DNA from: Marsupella aquatica
Taxonomy: Eukaryota; Plantae; Marchantiophyta
Direction: 5' to 3'
DNA: 64,000 nt
NCBI GenBank assembly: GCA_973895155.1
Contig: OZ316894.1
Coordinates: 10,757,874 to 10,821,873 of the forward strand
Shown here in pieces: positions 39,696 through 55,700 of this stretch (position 1 is its first letter; every line of letters starts with the position of its first letter). A program made the translations under genes and the position numbers. A model generated the notes under the pieces. It searched no databases, had not been told where the DNA came from, and saw only the letters and a program-made list of their open reading frames with translations.

Positions 39696-40825
39696 GTGTG
39701 CAATGCAGATGCATTGAGCTAGTCGCACATAAAATTGCGTGTCACATTATTTGAGGTGTCACACCAATTAGAGTTCACAAGAACTCACACCTTTAATTTG
39801 GTCTCACTAATTGAGGTGATAGCCTTGAATATTTCACAGTGAGAATGGCAGCATAAAAGTGAGACTCAAGCCCACTCTCACTACAAAGTAAATATTCTGA
39901 CCTAACATACTTAATTAGTGTGGGGCTGTTTGTTTCCCCTTTCCTGTGGGGCTTGCACAGTCATGTTAAATAAAGAAAATTCATTCCAAGTAACATATTT
40001 AATTATGTGATTCGTGGGGCTGTTTGTTTCCCTTTCCCATGGGGTGTCATTCGCGACGAAAGGCAATCTCGAGGCTCATAAGAGCCTCGGGTACACACCT
40101 GCCCGCGCCTACTGCCCGCCCCTTCACATTTTTTTTGAATGTAAGTAGCGTGAATGATCCCCACTTTTTGGGTGGGGTGAATGTTAAAAAACATGTTTTA
40201 CGGACCCCACTAGAGGTCCCTTCCCAAACTTCCTGGCACCACAGCGAGCCACATCATCGAGATGCGCTGCAAACAGGTACATATTGGTTTACAAAACAAA
40301 ATTTGCTTCAACATTCGTGTTTGTGGCATGATTTTAGTAAAATCAAAGTCGCCATGCCGTAAAACTTGATGCAAAACTATTTTAAAAGTAATCGTTTTAT
40401 TTACTCTAGGTAACAAAATGTTGAAGTAATCATAGACTCGTAAACATTTTTTTAACCCCGAATAACCGATTGCACACCCTCTGGTGCAATTAAGTAATTA
40501 ATTAATTAATTATATATCCTGTACTCGCTTGTCCTCCGGATCACACAGAGGGTATCCTAGCAACTTCTCGAGTCAATGGCCACAACAGCCATTCAATTCA
40601 AAACAGATGGGGGTCCATGAACTAATTGACACCTCAGTTAGGGGTCAGTTAGTTTAGGGTCCTTAATGGGGTTTTCACGGTCATATTAAATAAAGTAAAG
40701 TTCATTCCAAAGGAACATATTTAATTATCAGTGTGATTCGTGTTAGAAAAAAATGTTCACACACCATGTAGCGTGAGTCGGTCTAATTTTGGTGTCACAC
40801 TATTTAAGCTGTACAGTGTAGATGA

Positions 40826-41120
40826 TTCATTTTTTGCGCTGAAGGTGGTGCCAAGCGCACTAGATTCTGTGGGCTTCATGAGCGGCTGAGCAGATCGAGG
40901 TTGCGGTTCTTCAATTAAAGTGGAGATTTTGCTTTGCTACACTGCATTGCTTTGATTTCATCAACTGGCAGACCTTCATTTTTTGCACTGAAGGTGGTGC
41001 CAAGGGCACCGGATTCTGTGGGCTTCGTGAGCGCCTGAGCAGATCGAGGTTGCGGTTCTTCACTTGAAGTGTAGCTTTTGTGTTGCTACACTGCCTAGCT
41101 TTTTGATTTCATCAACTGGC
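40826..41120. repeat. Tandem duplication of a ~149-bp unit upstream of LOLITA
   Basis: 40826-40969 and 40975-41120 share 'gaaggtggtgccaag...ctgagcagatcgaggttgcggttcttca...gatttcatcaactggc'. Confidence 0.85.
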
Positions 41121-41680
41121 TGAGTAAGGTCGGCTGCAGGGTACACCTCAAGCTGCACTAGAGGAGTCAACGACTGCAATGACACGGGAAATTCTGTGAA
41201 ATTGTTGAAAGTGGAGGAGGATCCGTCAGAAATTGATCACGAACGATTACCACTCTGCCTGGAAGTATTTGGTGGGAACATTGTCCTTTCTTCAAGGTTA
41301 CTCTCAGGAGTTTTGTTGAGATCTGCTTTCTGGACTCTCATTCTCCAGGTTGCTACTGAAGATCTTTCGAGTGGACTAGGACACCTCCTACATCGATTGG
41401 AGTAATTCTAAGATCTTGTCGAAGCTGGAATCGTTGGGATGTCGGCCGTCGAAAGAAGAGGAAGGCATTCTGGCGAGAAATTTTATTAGGTTGGAAGATT
41501 GTGCATCTTCCAAGTTTGGATCAGGAGCTTGTCGAGATCGGTTGATGTCGGGGGAGTTGTGACGTTTATTGTAGATTGACTTGATCGGTGGAGCAGTGAT
41601 TGTATTCATTGAACAGGTTTAGGTAGAGGTTAGGGCGGGGTTGTCGGCTTGTTGTTGACAGCAGCAAGGCCGAGGAAGCG

Positions 41681-42124
41681 ATGTTGTTGAGTGTCCTGAT
41701 CGCCACTCGATCGGGCACTGTCCTGTTAGAGCGGTACCATGGGCTTCCGACGGACGAGCGGCTACAGTGGCGGACCTTTCTTCTGAAGCTCACGGCGGAC
41801 AATCTCAAAAACGCTCGCGACGACGAGCAATTCGTGGCGACTCACAAGGCCGTCTTCGTGGTGTACGCAGCCCTCGGTGAGGTTGCGATCTTCACAGTCG
41901 GCAAGGATGAGTACGACGAGCTGGCGCTGGTTGAGGTCTTAAACGCTATTACTTCTTCGGTTCGAGACGTTTGCAAGAGAGCTCCCAGCGAGCGCTTGTT
42001 TCTGGAGAAATATGGGAAACTGTCGCTGTGCCTGGACGAGATTGTTGTGCAGGGCAGGCTGGAGCAGACGGACAAGGATCGTGTTAGGCGGTTAACGAGG
42101 TTGAAACCTCTACCCGAGTCTTGA
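41681..42124 (+). CDS. LOLITA: LOLITA/TSPOON, longin (sigma-adaptin-like) small subunit of the TPLATE/TSET complex, 147 aa, single coding exon
   Basis: Closely matches my recollection of Arabidopsis LOLITA (ERLxWRxFLxKLxADNLK, VGKDEYDELAL, ERxFLxKYG, LCLDEIV, TDKDR, RLKP) with the same length. Confidence 0.88.
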   Translation: MLLSVLIATRSGTVLLERYHGLPTDERLQWRTFLLKLTADNLKNARDDEQFVATHKAVFVVYAALGEVAIFTVGKDEYDELALVEVLNAITSSVRDVCKRAPSERLFLEKYGKLSLCLDEIVVQGRLEQTDKDRVRRLTRLKPLPES

Positions 42125-43054
42125 TGGAACAAGGACACCAGGACAATTGGAGTTGTCTCATGACTTCTTGAAGGCCGGTTTTCAGAGAGGATGACGGCTG
42201 GAGCTGATGGAGGAATTACAGGATTTTGGGGAACGAAACGGACAGCAATGGTAGGTGAAGTTCCATTGCTATCGAAGTTAAACACTGTATCCTTCCAGAT
42301 TTGCTTCTGTAATGACAGTTGCTCCTTGCGGAGTTCTGGGGGGCAATTGTCTGGGATACTCGTGGGTTGAAGGCACGCTGATTGTTGGTCTTCTCAATTT
42401 GGTTTCCTTGGTTTGCGTAGACTTATGCTAGATAGTGCTGAGTGTCGATGACCAATGGCTGACGATTCCTGCCCGTCTGGCTGTTGATCAATGGAAATAC
42501 ATTCTTCGATTTCTGCTAAAATAATGGTGCTGAGTGCCTATGTCCGGCCCTTCTGGCTCCTGATCGAAGGCAATGCATTGTCTCATTTGGAGATTCTTTG
42601 ATTACGGTAAATGGAATTTCTCTCCCGGTTTTCTTTCTCTTGATCGAAGGCAATGCATAGTCTCATTTTGGAGGTTCTTTGATTACCTGGCTTCGAAACT
42701 CTCTCTCGGTTTCCTGGCTTGACTGCCTATGGTGATTTTGACTGCTGGTGAGACAAAGGATTGGCTTAGGGTTAGAAACTTGATCTGGTTAGAAACGCTT
42801 GGTAGGTTTGTGTAATTGCTCTACTGTACTGAGCCCCTATCAGTTTGAGGTGCTTTAGCGCTGCTGGACGGGTTGTCAAAACGGATGCTGGGAGAAATGG
42901 TCATGTACCATTCCTGGCATCGATTGCATGTCTTAACAATACCTCTCTCTTTCTCTGGCGCTCTTGTTGTAATAAAAATAAATTCGACTCGGCCTCTACC
43001 TACCTGTTCACACCTTTACAGTACAGAACTCAACCCCACACAATGAAAAGTATG

Positions 43055-43103
43055 TCTGTGTTTGTGAGATCTGTGTTTGTGAGATCTGTGTTTGTGAGAT
43101 CTG
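43055..43103. repeat. 15-bp tandem repeat TCTGTGTTTGTGAGA x3
   Basis: Directly visible. Confidence 0.85.
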
Positions 43104-43958
43104 AGTTGGTGGAAGCCGTTGAATCCCGCACCTTTGTGCGAGGGGTGTCCCTTCATCAATTCTAAGGATTCCATTTAGCTAATCCCTTTATTTACTAAAT
43201 TGGACTGATTGGCGAATACTGAAGTCGAAGAATGTCTCCGCAGCCATTGATGGGACTCTTCATCCGGCAAATTTAGTTCCAGTTCCAGTTGCAGTTGCAG
43301 TTGCAGGAACCCTGGAATCTCATCAGTTCTTACATTGACCCTTGCGAACCAAGCAAACAGCTGATGGAGAGGAGACTACTCAGGTTCCAACATCTGAAAG
43401 TCCTGTAGATAAATCAATCGCACTCGCTTTTGCAAACTTTCCTAGAAGATCAATAGTGGACCAGATAAGTGCTTGACGGAGGGGTGTGCCTGCCTTGCAC
43501 TGGGATGCTACACACTCCCAGTTGATCTCTGCACTATTCATGATCATGAATAGAAACGGCTTTCCTGAATCTCAGAGACAGTGAACACTTTGGGTAACCA
43601 CAGGAAGAGAATTTTGCTGTTTTCTGGCGTAAAGTTTGTAGCTCAACATTTCAGTCGACGGAAAGTAGATATGTGCCATTCCAATTTCAGGCCAATCTTT
43701 CCCAAAAAGTTCTGAGATGCATACTCCACTATGTACTTAAATCACTTCAAGATATTTCGCTTTGTATCTTACTCTACTTTGTGGTAGAGAATGTCCATCA
43801 CAGGTGGGCACGGCATTTTGAGATTTGTCAATCGTCTTCTCTTTGTAAAGAAGGTGAAATCTCAACTACGTGATATCTGGGTTTGTCGTCAAGAGTGAAG
43901 AAACGAGAAAAAGAATGAAACGTATCAAACCACAACTGCCCTTCAAAAGCTACGGGGT

Positions 43959-44220
43959 TACTCATAGTTACCATTAAAAGTAGATTTTTCTTGAAATTGT
44001 GGAGCATAGTTACCATTAAAAGTAGATTTTTCTTGAAATTGTGAAACAAACTGGTACTCATAGTTACCATTAAAAGTAGATTTTTCTTGAAATTGTGAAA
44101 CAAACTGGCATGCTAGAAAAAAACAGTGATTGAAAAAGAGGGAGGTCTTGGACACTTCCCCTTATATAGGGCAAGTTGTGGTTTAAGAGTGAAAGGGCAA
44201 GTTGTGGTTTAAGAGTGAAA
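43959..44220. repeat. Tandem repeats: CATAGTTACCATTAAAAGTAGATTTTTCTTGAAATTGTG x3, then GGGCAAGTTGTGGTTTAAGAGTGAAA x2
   Basis: Three identical 39-bp cores separated by very short linkers, then a 26-bp doublet at 44169-44220. Confidence 0.85.
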
Positions 44221-45410
44221 GAGTATTAAAGATTTTTCACTTGGGAGGCATTATGGGTAGTACTAACCCCTCAAAACTTGGGCTAAAGTACTCAACTCTT
44301 TGGGACAATATTTGTGGGTAATAGTATACTCTCTAAATTTGGGCCAAAATCCTCATTTTGGGGGACATTATAGCCCACCATGCTCTGGAAACTGGGTGTT
44401 AAGAACCCTATATACTAAGAACTCTTGGATTGTAGATAGACATTTTGCTAATCACAGTGTTGGAATGGTAGATTGTGATTATATCTTATTTTCCCTCTAG
44501 GTTTCTGGGGTTGGCATTTGCAGTCTTGTTTTGAGCTTGAGTTTGTTCTCTCTGGACCTCTTTTGCTTTTACTCCACCATACTTGTTTGGCCCTTTTCAA
44601 TAAAATAGGTCTATTTTCATACAATCTGCTATGGTGAAACAAAGTCACAAGTGACCTTAGCATCTCGCAAAGCCACCCTAAAATTATAGACAAAAGAAAC
44701 ATTCCACATGAATTTTTACCTGGGCCCACTACTTGATACATAGGATGATTGGCTCCTGAGTTCTTGTAAAGCTAACTGCAGTCTGCAGCAGTTACCCAAA
44801 GGATTTGGAGCGGGAATAAAGGAAGCAATGGCCCCCCACTTCTTCTAAAGCCATATCAATTCCCAGAACATTTTAAAAGTCAAAACTTTTTGGCAATTGT
44901 TTAGTGTATTTAGTGTTCAAATAGCACTAAGGTGACCTGTCTGCCTTTGAGAAAGTAGAGTACAGTGGCGACTATGAGGTTGGCCCAATAGATAAATAAA
45001 TGTTGTTGACATTATTTTCCGAAATCTGGAGGAAAAAACTACAAACGCTTTCTTTAGGAATATTCTGACGAATTTTTTGGGTTAAAACACTGTTCTAATG
45101 ATCAGTGTTTACTTTGTAAACCAAAGAAATTAATAATGGCAAAAGGCTGGATTTTGAAAAGAAAAACACTAGTACTGTTCAGAGCATTTTAGGTAAACAA
45201 CAGTGAGTTATCAGTAGTTACATTTTAAAGGGAAAAAAAAAACCTTTACGAGTAATTTGCAATAGAAACTTTTTTTTTTGAATTTGCGATAAAAATATAC
45301 TGTTCTGGCCTATCTCTAAAGTGAACTCTCTATCACTAGAGCATAACTCCTAAGGGTACAAGGAAAGGGGACAACTGAGTCCCAACAACAAGGAATCTTT
45401 TTCTTACAAG

Positions 45411-45560
45411 TTTTTTTTTAACTCACCATATATATCACAGTGCCCAAGGGCAAAAATGGCCAACCCTGGAGACAAGATTCCAAAGGCAAAGTAACCCCAA
45501 TGAAGGGGAGAAAAAGAGGGGAAAGGGCCCCAAGAAAAGCCAAGGGTCACCTCACCTATA
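45411..45560 (-). repeat. Short dispersed retroposon 3'-end/SINE-like repeat, copy 3, with poly(A) tail
   Basis: Reverse complement of the ~26030-26180 copy, ending in a T-run (poly-A on minus) at ~45411-45419. Confidence 0.5.
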
Positions 45561-46039
45561 TTCACGTTTGAAATAACCGGTAGTGAGGCTATACGTTTAA
45601 AGAATTATTTATTGGAAAGAAAGAAAATTAAGTTTTGGATTAGTGATCGTCGAGAAGCAAGAGCAGCTAATTATAAGCTGCGGAAGAACCCAAGCGCGAG
45701 CTACAGTAGTGGTACACCACTCTACACTACACCCCCTTTCCTTCGGCCGAACTTCGTGATTGTGCTCTCGTCCTCGATCTTGATTGGAATTGACAACGGA
45801 CGATACGATCTCGAGGTCGAGGAGTTGGTGCTGAGGAGGAGGAGGAGGAGGAGAACGAGCTGTAGATCTGGAGCGAGTGACCTCGCGGAAACGCTTTTGT
45901 TGCTCAGGAAGGTGTTCATATTTGAAGGAGAATCGAAAGTGACGCAGACGCAGCTGAAGAGGAGAGACGGAGGTGCAGATTTGCAGCTCGTAACCTAGCA
46001 GATCCAGAGTAGAGCAGAGCAGAGCAGAGTAGAGCAGAG

Positions 46040-48793
<2,754 letters not shown>

Positions 48794-49744
48794 ATCTCCT
48801 TCGTATCTCATCTCATCATCTTAAATTATTTCTATGTTTGAGTAGTCAACAAAGAGAGATTCTGTTGTCTTCAGGAAGTGGATTCCCTAATGAAAAGGGT
48901 GCTAGATTAAGTAAGGAGAGACAGTTTTGAAAAGATGTGACACAGATTTTCAGCCTGCTTAGGTCGTTTTAACCTTTGTTCCAGGCTTCTGTGTCTAGGA
49001 TTTCTTACATTAGTTTCATAATTGAGTGGGGAATATGCCCAATCATTCCAAGTCAGGAATGTCAGCATTTAACTCCTGGTGGACGAGGTGTCGGGCTCAT
49101 GGACTAAATTACTGGCATCAGGATACCGTTCATACAATAACATCTATTGAATTTAGTGCCAGAGCATGATCATGGTGTCTTGTCTCCTATGTTATCAGGC
49201 TTCTTGTCTCCTACTTCAGCCGAAGTTAAATTGATGATCTGAACACGTTTTGACTTTTCCTGAATTCGACCAGATTGTAAGACCTAACCTCATCTTAGTC
49301 GATCAGAGGAATCGTTCATTGGTGAAGTCATTTGGTGTGAGGTTGAGCTGATTACTGAGATATCATTTGGTTCAAAAATGCACTCACACATGAGCAGGAG
49401 TTCCTGGGGAAGTCCTTAAAATGCAGATCTCAAGACATGTGAATCTCTTTTCAGAGGGTTTGGTCCAAAGCCTGATTTGTCTCCCTGCTGCAGACAATCT
49501 CCACTCCGTAGCAGTGGACGAGCTAAAATTTAACTTCCCAGGCTGCGCGACCATAATGCAACACTCCAAGTTATGTAAGTGGGGGATCTTTGGCTCCTAA
49601 ACTGGTTCCCTCTCCTCCCCCTCCCCCCCCCAACTCAACTTAATCAGCTAGACTGTTTTCACCCTGAACACTAACCCTTTCCTGCAAGCATAAAGAAGGT
49701 TTGAAGGTTTCTGTCCATGTCTCGCAGAGCAGCTTGTAACGTAC

Positions 49745-52700
49745 TCATTGGGGGTTTGGTTTGCGACCGTTGGCTGCTGAGACTCGAGAACCCCACTCCA
49801 GCAGCTCTCTGCTTGTATCGTCTTTGTGGCAAATTACCTCAATGAAGCAAAGAGAATCCTCATGTGGACCCATTGCCTCTTTAATAGCGCTAACGAGCTC
49901 CGTCTCAGTTTGGACCTGCATCACATTGGACATAGTTATCAAAACAAGACATTGGATTCAACTGGGTGTCATCCCATTCCTTATATACACAAACATGAAT
50001 TCGAAGGAGCATAGGAAGACTGATGGTTAATCTGAAGACTTATATGCATTCTCGCTCTTTCATTCGGTACCGGACTGTACTGAGATTGAGGATCTCGCGT
50101 TCGGTTAAATGCCTCTTCTTTATTGCAGTTAGCTTTTGAGGTGAGCAAAACAAAGGCCACTCGTATGCACAAATCGAATGTTCAAGCTTAGTAAACCTTG
50201 AGCACAAGCCTGCTTTGGATCTTTTAATTAAGAAAAGCTCATGGCTTGCATTTTTGGCCAGACAATTTAAGCCATGCAAAGAGCGTTGGTAAGACTTAGC
50301 GATTTTTAATCCCACTAATGCCTTGACCCAATCAAAGCTTATATGGCTTCAACCCCTTTAACCCACTCATGCCTTTACCCAATCAAAGCCGGATTGGACT
50401 TAAGGTTCCAAGGTTGTGCTTTTCTGTTGTGCTTTCCTCTTAGATCGTCAGTAGTTTCCCCATAACAATCTTGAATCAAAATGACGAAAGGAGTATTTAT
50501 TTACTTTCCTGGAACAAAACAAAATAAAAACAAGCTAGAGAGGAGTTGTCAGTCACCCTTTTTGTCCAGACCCTCCCTTGGCCATTGTGAATGGCATTTA
50601 TTAATCCACAATAGTCCCAGTTCTTGATGACGTTGTATGGTCCATCGTGAATCTCAACTTCAATTGTGTATCCTCCATTGTTGATAAGAAAAATAATGGG
50701 GTTAAGTTCCTGACGTATCATTGTTGATATATCTTGACATGTCACCTGCAATCCACCCAAAGATTATATTTACAGTTCAAATGGTATCCTAAAACAGGAA
50801 ATTATACTTGATGGCTACATGTCTATGTGCACATAATGCAAAGGAATCAAGGACATACAGAGTGGGAACCTCCAAAGGAAACCCCTCCAACAAATGCTAG
50901 ATAACTACAGTAGTTGGCCATTGAGGAAGAAGAGTGTATGATAGAGTTAGACATCCATTTATGGGTCCAAAATATTAGCAGACCATGGACGCTAGTGAGA
51001 GAGTTTCCACCAGTGGCAAGGAATGCCCAGCCAGGGACTATCTTAGCATTACTGGCTCAGGAAACCAGCTTTTTTTTGTGCCTTGCAAGCTCAAAGCAAG
51101 CCCACCCAAAGAAGATAGATGTCTTGCTCTGGAGCAGACAATTCTATGTAGGGTAGCCACAAGGGGACAATACCGTGGGATCCGACAGGGACCCAGACCA
51201 GGAGGGAGAGAGTATTAATTTAGAGCCTTGAGCCGGCCAGCCAGGGGCTGAGGAGATAATCAATACTCCCACCACTACACCCCACCCCCCACACACACAT
51301 ATACCCTCCACACCCCTTGCGTGTGGAGGGAGGATTGAACCTGGGACCTCTTGGTTCTAGGCTCATCCTCTGGCCAGCTGACCAAAGCCAGTTGGTTAAT
51401 TGGGAAACCAGCTTTTACCCGCAACCAAGCCCTACAAAATTAAAGCACTGGAGCCTGGCCCACCAGAAGTTGCCTCCCGCACACCAGGAACTGGCAAGTA
51501 TGGGTGTGCGGGAGGGTTACACACCCACTCTTGCCAAGCCTTGTGGGCGGCAAACGGGGCGGCAAAGATCAGCCCATTGCGAGACATCTGGACAGCAGTG
51601 GTGCAAATAGAGATTATGTACCATCACACTATATAATCTCATGTTGCCCATTGAGTGTGGGGACGCTGACCCAGGTGTAGTCGGCCACTGACAAGCTAAT
51701 CTGCCAGTCAACTCACAACTCATGGGGTAACCGAGTTGTGAATGGCTCGACCATTGGGAATGCTCTTAGACTGGGAAGACTGATGAGAGAGAAACAAAGG
51801 GAAACAACAGAAAAAGAACTTTGCCATTTTCAAGAAGCATCTCCAATTACACAGGTCTCAAGATAACTGGTCTCCTTACCTGGAAGCTTCCATCCCCGAT
51901 GCAGGCAATTACACGTTGAGGAGCTGTTGCCTGGGCATAACCCAGGGTAGCTCCAACAGCCCAACCAATTGATCCATATTGCATTTGAAACTCATAACTG
52001 TTCAATACAATCAAAGTTGTTCCAATTAAAAAACTACGGACAAGCTCCAGGTTCTGGAAACACTTGGGGGTCACTAATTAATAAGGGATAAATCTTCACA
52101 CAAGCAGTAAAAACTTGGAGCTTACAAAAGTTTGTCCTTGGAAGATGGTTAGACTGCTAAGCATATATTGTACTGAATTGATAATTCTCCAAGACAATGA
52201 ATGACATCCAATATGTTACTTTGCGTGTTACTTGGCTGTGGAAAAGAGCACTAGTCTGAGCTTCGTCTTTGCTCAACTGCAAACAAACTTATAAATTGTA
52301 TGGATTGATTGAATCCCAAAAGCAATCCGAGAAAGGAGAAAGATTTCGAGAGAATTCGGATCAAAACTTTGTTTCGGAACCCCAATAGGAACGGATTCAC
52401 TCACCCACATCCTTCAGGCAGCCTCAGTTTTTGACAATTAAACCATGAGTCTCCCGTCTCAGCAATCACCGCAGTGTCTTTACTAAGCATTTTCTGCAAA
52501 TCACACATCCTGATAAGTTAGTGGCCAGAGCTAGGATCGTAGACAAGTTGCTAGATGCTAGCAGCATAGACATTTGTGCAAAAAAACAGTTCAATGTAAA
52601 CTGTGTACACAATTGTGAAAGAAATAGTAGTGAATGACTATGGCGAGGACGATGGTACCCGACCTAAAGACAGTGAGCAATTGCACCTGGAACATTTAAA

Positions 52701-55700
52701 GCATTGAAACCTCAATTTTGCACTGTCTATAGTTTTACAAGAAATGAACATGGATGTGTACCTGAATGTGAAGGAAGAGTTGGTTCACTTTAATGGGTTC
52801 TGAGCCTTTAGACGGCTCTGGAATTCCAGGAGGCACCCAAATCCGTTTGTAGTTTTCCCAAGCACATTCATTCCTCTTTATTTGCTTGGCAAGGGCGGGG
52901 AGGAAGTCCTTCATGAGGCAGCATCCAAATGAAAGCCCATTACTAATGATCACACGGTCGGGCTGAACGTTTATCATCTTCTCATTCTTTATCAGTAGAG
53001 AGTATCCAACCGAGCTGTAATCGTTAAAGATAGGCCCCACAAAAATATAGGCATCTGCAGATTCCACAATCTCTACAGCAAAAGGAGAGCTCACAGCGCC
53101 CCAATAAGTGCCAATGAATTTGGGATGAGTCTCGGGGAACTGACCCTTGGCTGATGGCATGATTGCAACAGGATATCCACATGCATTGGCAAACTCAACT
53201 AGAGCAGCTTTTGCATTAGCCACTCTTAGTTTTGGACCTGCAACCAGGACCGGTTTAGCACTTGCATTGAGGAAGTTGGCGGCTGCAATCACTGCTGCTT
53301 CCACGCTAGCAGCGTTGCTCACTCTGCTCATCCCAAGTGACGAACGAGCAGTCAAGTTAGAGATTAATCCTACTCAGAGACAAGTTGAAATACAACAAAA
53401 TCCATCACGTAACATCCGGCAGCTGTGGTTCGTGATGTATAACTATTATCTTTTAAATCCAAATTACTAACCTTCATTGTGAGGTTGCCCCCCCCCCCCC
53501 CCATTGTTGTACATGGGTTGGTCTGTTTGCAGACACATGGAGGCTCATTTTTCCTGTGCTAACCCCCTCCAAACATAAATTCACTGTGGACCGGGTTCCC
53601 AAATCAGACACTCACCAGAATGCAGGTGTCGACTATTGTCTATGAGCAAAACCTATATTTTGTCCCCCTCCTTTTCCCCACTTAATTTACGGTCAGAGTG
53701 GGGTTGGTTGGACAGATTATGAGTCTCCATGTGTCGACAAACAAATTATGTTAAGTATGTGGGTTAAGCCAACAGAATGGGGGGCAACCTGAATTAAAAT
53801 AGTTTTGGTGGCAGGTTGGTAATTTTGACCAGTTTGGGGGACATGAAAGTAAAAAATGGCAAGGCACAAATAGAAGATATAGTAAGTGGATGAATGGCAG
53901 AAAAGCACCTCTTCGCAAGAGCAAAGGGAACAGGAGTTGGAATGAAGCTTGAATGGTGAAGGCCGGGCAGGTTGCAACTTATGCTGAGATACACTGGTTT
54001 GCTCTCCTTTAGGCAAGTCAAGATAGCAAAGTCTACCATCTCATATGCATTGTCCAGGTGGTTCACAAGGACCTGCCATAGGTTTACCCTGGCAAGAAAT
54101 TACAAGAAAGTTTTGCAACCTAATTGTGTGCAATTTCATTGTAGGTGCAAGAGGTGATTGTTTAGGAATTTGTTTACAGTAAAAACCAAAAATTAGGCGT
54201 GTTGATAAGTACAGAAATTGCTTCTCAGTGTGTATTTACAAGATGGTAAGCTCAAAAATTGCCTCTCAGGATGGCTTCATGAGAAGTCAGGGCCTCTTTT
54301 CAGTCCCTCTGAGATTAAACATGGACCTTGTAATGAGAGGAAATGGCTGCAGAGTTTGCTAAAAACAAATACAGGCCCACTCAGTTTTGGAGTTATTTTG
54401 TCTAAAAACAATACGGGCCCACTCAACTGCTATTTTGGAATTTTTTTTGTTTACAATTTTAGACTGCCTCCAGAGGTGGTTTTAACATTTCCCAACCTTG
54501 GCTCCCTCATTCAATTGATTTTGCATTTATTGAACTTCACTTCAAAAGGCTTTTGGTCTGGAGTCTAACTTTAGAACAAGAAGCAGCCATCCAGTTTGCC
54601 TAGATGGAAAATGCACAAGTGCCGTGAGTCCCAGTCTTGGAATTCCAAGCACTACTCCCATAGGGCTGGGTGACACACTGAGATAAAGCAAATACATCCT
54701 TTTGGAACAGAGTTTTTAGCTTTGGATGGGTACTTGTAGTGACACATTGACACTAGACCAAATACAAAGTGAACAAGTGTTTTTCTATTCACAGTACTTT
54801 TTCATGCTTGAAGATTTTGTCTAATTACCTTACCATACAATGATAGTGCGCTTACTCCTCAAAGCATATGAGATCGATGCAGAGTTTGAGAAAAAATAGA
54901 TTGCATCCATGCGCAGCAACTGCCAGCAACTATAAATTTCAACTGCAGTTGCATGGCACAGTGTCCCCAAGCAATACGACACTGTAAGCTAACCACTCCC
55001 CTTAAGCTGCAGCTTATCTTTCTGAAAGACAATGTGTATCTAATATGTGTATCTAATAAAGCTTCATCTAAAGCAGGGATAAGGCCTGGCTATGGTCTAG
55101 AGTGCCTCTAAAACTGCAACTCAAGGCATATAAAGCTAGACTAAGCCTCTAAACCGTGACTCAAGGTAACTTAAGCTTGGATAAAGGCCTATGGTCTGGA
55201 GTGCAACCTCTAAGATGTGATTCCAGACACAACTACAGTTGGGGGTGAAATTGGAAAACTGGCACTGAGTACCAACTATTAACGAGCCCACTAGTTTTTT
55301 CGAAGGACAAATCAAATCATGCTTATGTGTGTTTCATCAGTAGAGGGGGGCATTCATTCACATACCTGGCAACACGTGACTGCTTCAAAGCAACGAAGTT
55401 CCTGACTAAAATCCGGTACACCAATTGTGTGGTGAAGAATGCGATCAGTGCCATAGTCATTGGAGTTGGGTCCTCCTACAATACAAATCACTGGAAGATT
55501 TTCGCTGTACGCTCCGGCAATAGCATTGATCACGCTTAGACCTCCCACAGTGAAAGTCACAACGACGGCTCCAACACCTTTGCACCTGGCGTACCCATCG
55601 GCAGCGTATCCAGCATTGAGCTCGTTGCAGCAACCAACCATGTTCAGCCCCGGCTCAGCTAGGAGATGGTCCAAGAGAATGAGGTTGAAATCACCCGGGA

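Noticed and set aside
41842-42285. 147-aa minus-strand ORF
   Set aside because: Antisense shadow of LOLITA.
43959-44110. Three identical 39-bp repeats, superficially CRISPR-like
   Set aside because: Linkers are only a few to ~15 bp rather than unique spacers, there are no cas genes, and the context is eukaryotic; a simple tandem duplication.
45612-45998. 128-aa ORF with poly-Arg upstream of mMDH
   Set aside because: Non-ATG start, arises from (GGA)n in the promoter/5' UTR, no homology cues.
51320-51400. Possible tRNA gene
   Set aside because: Only A/B-box-like motifs; no acceptor or anticodon stem found, so treated as SINE-like.
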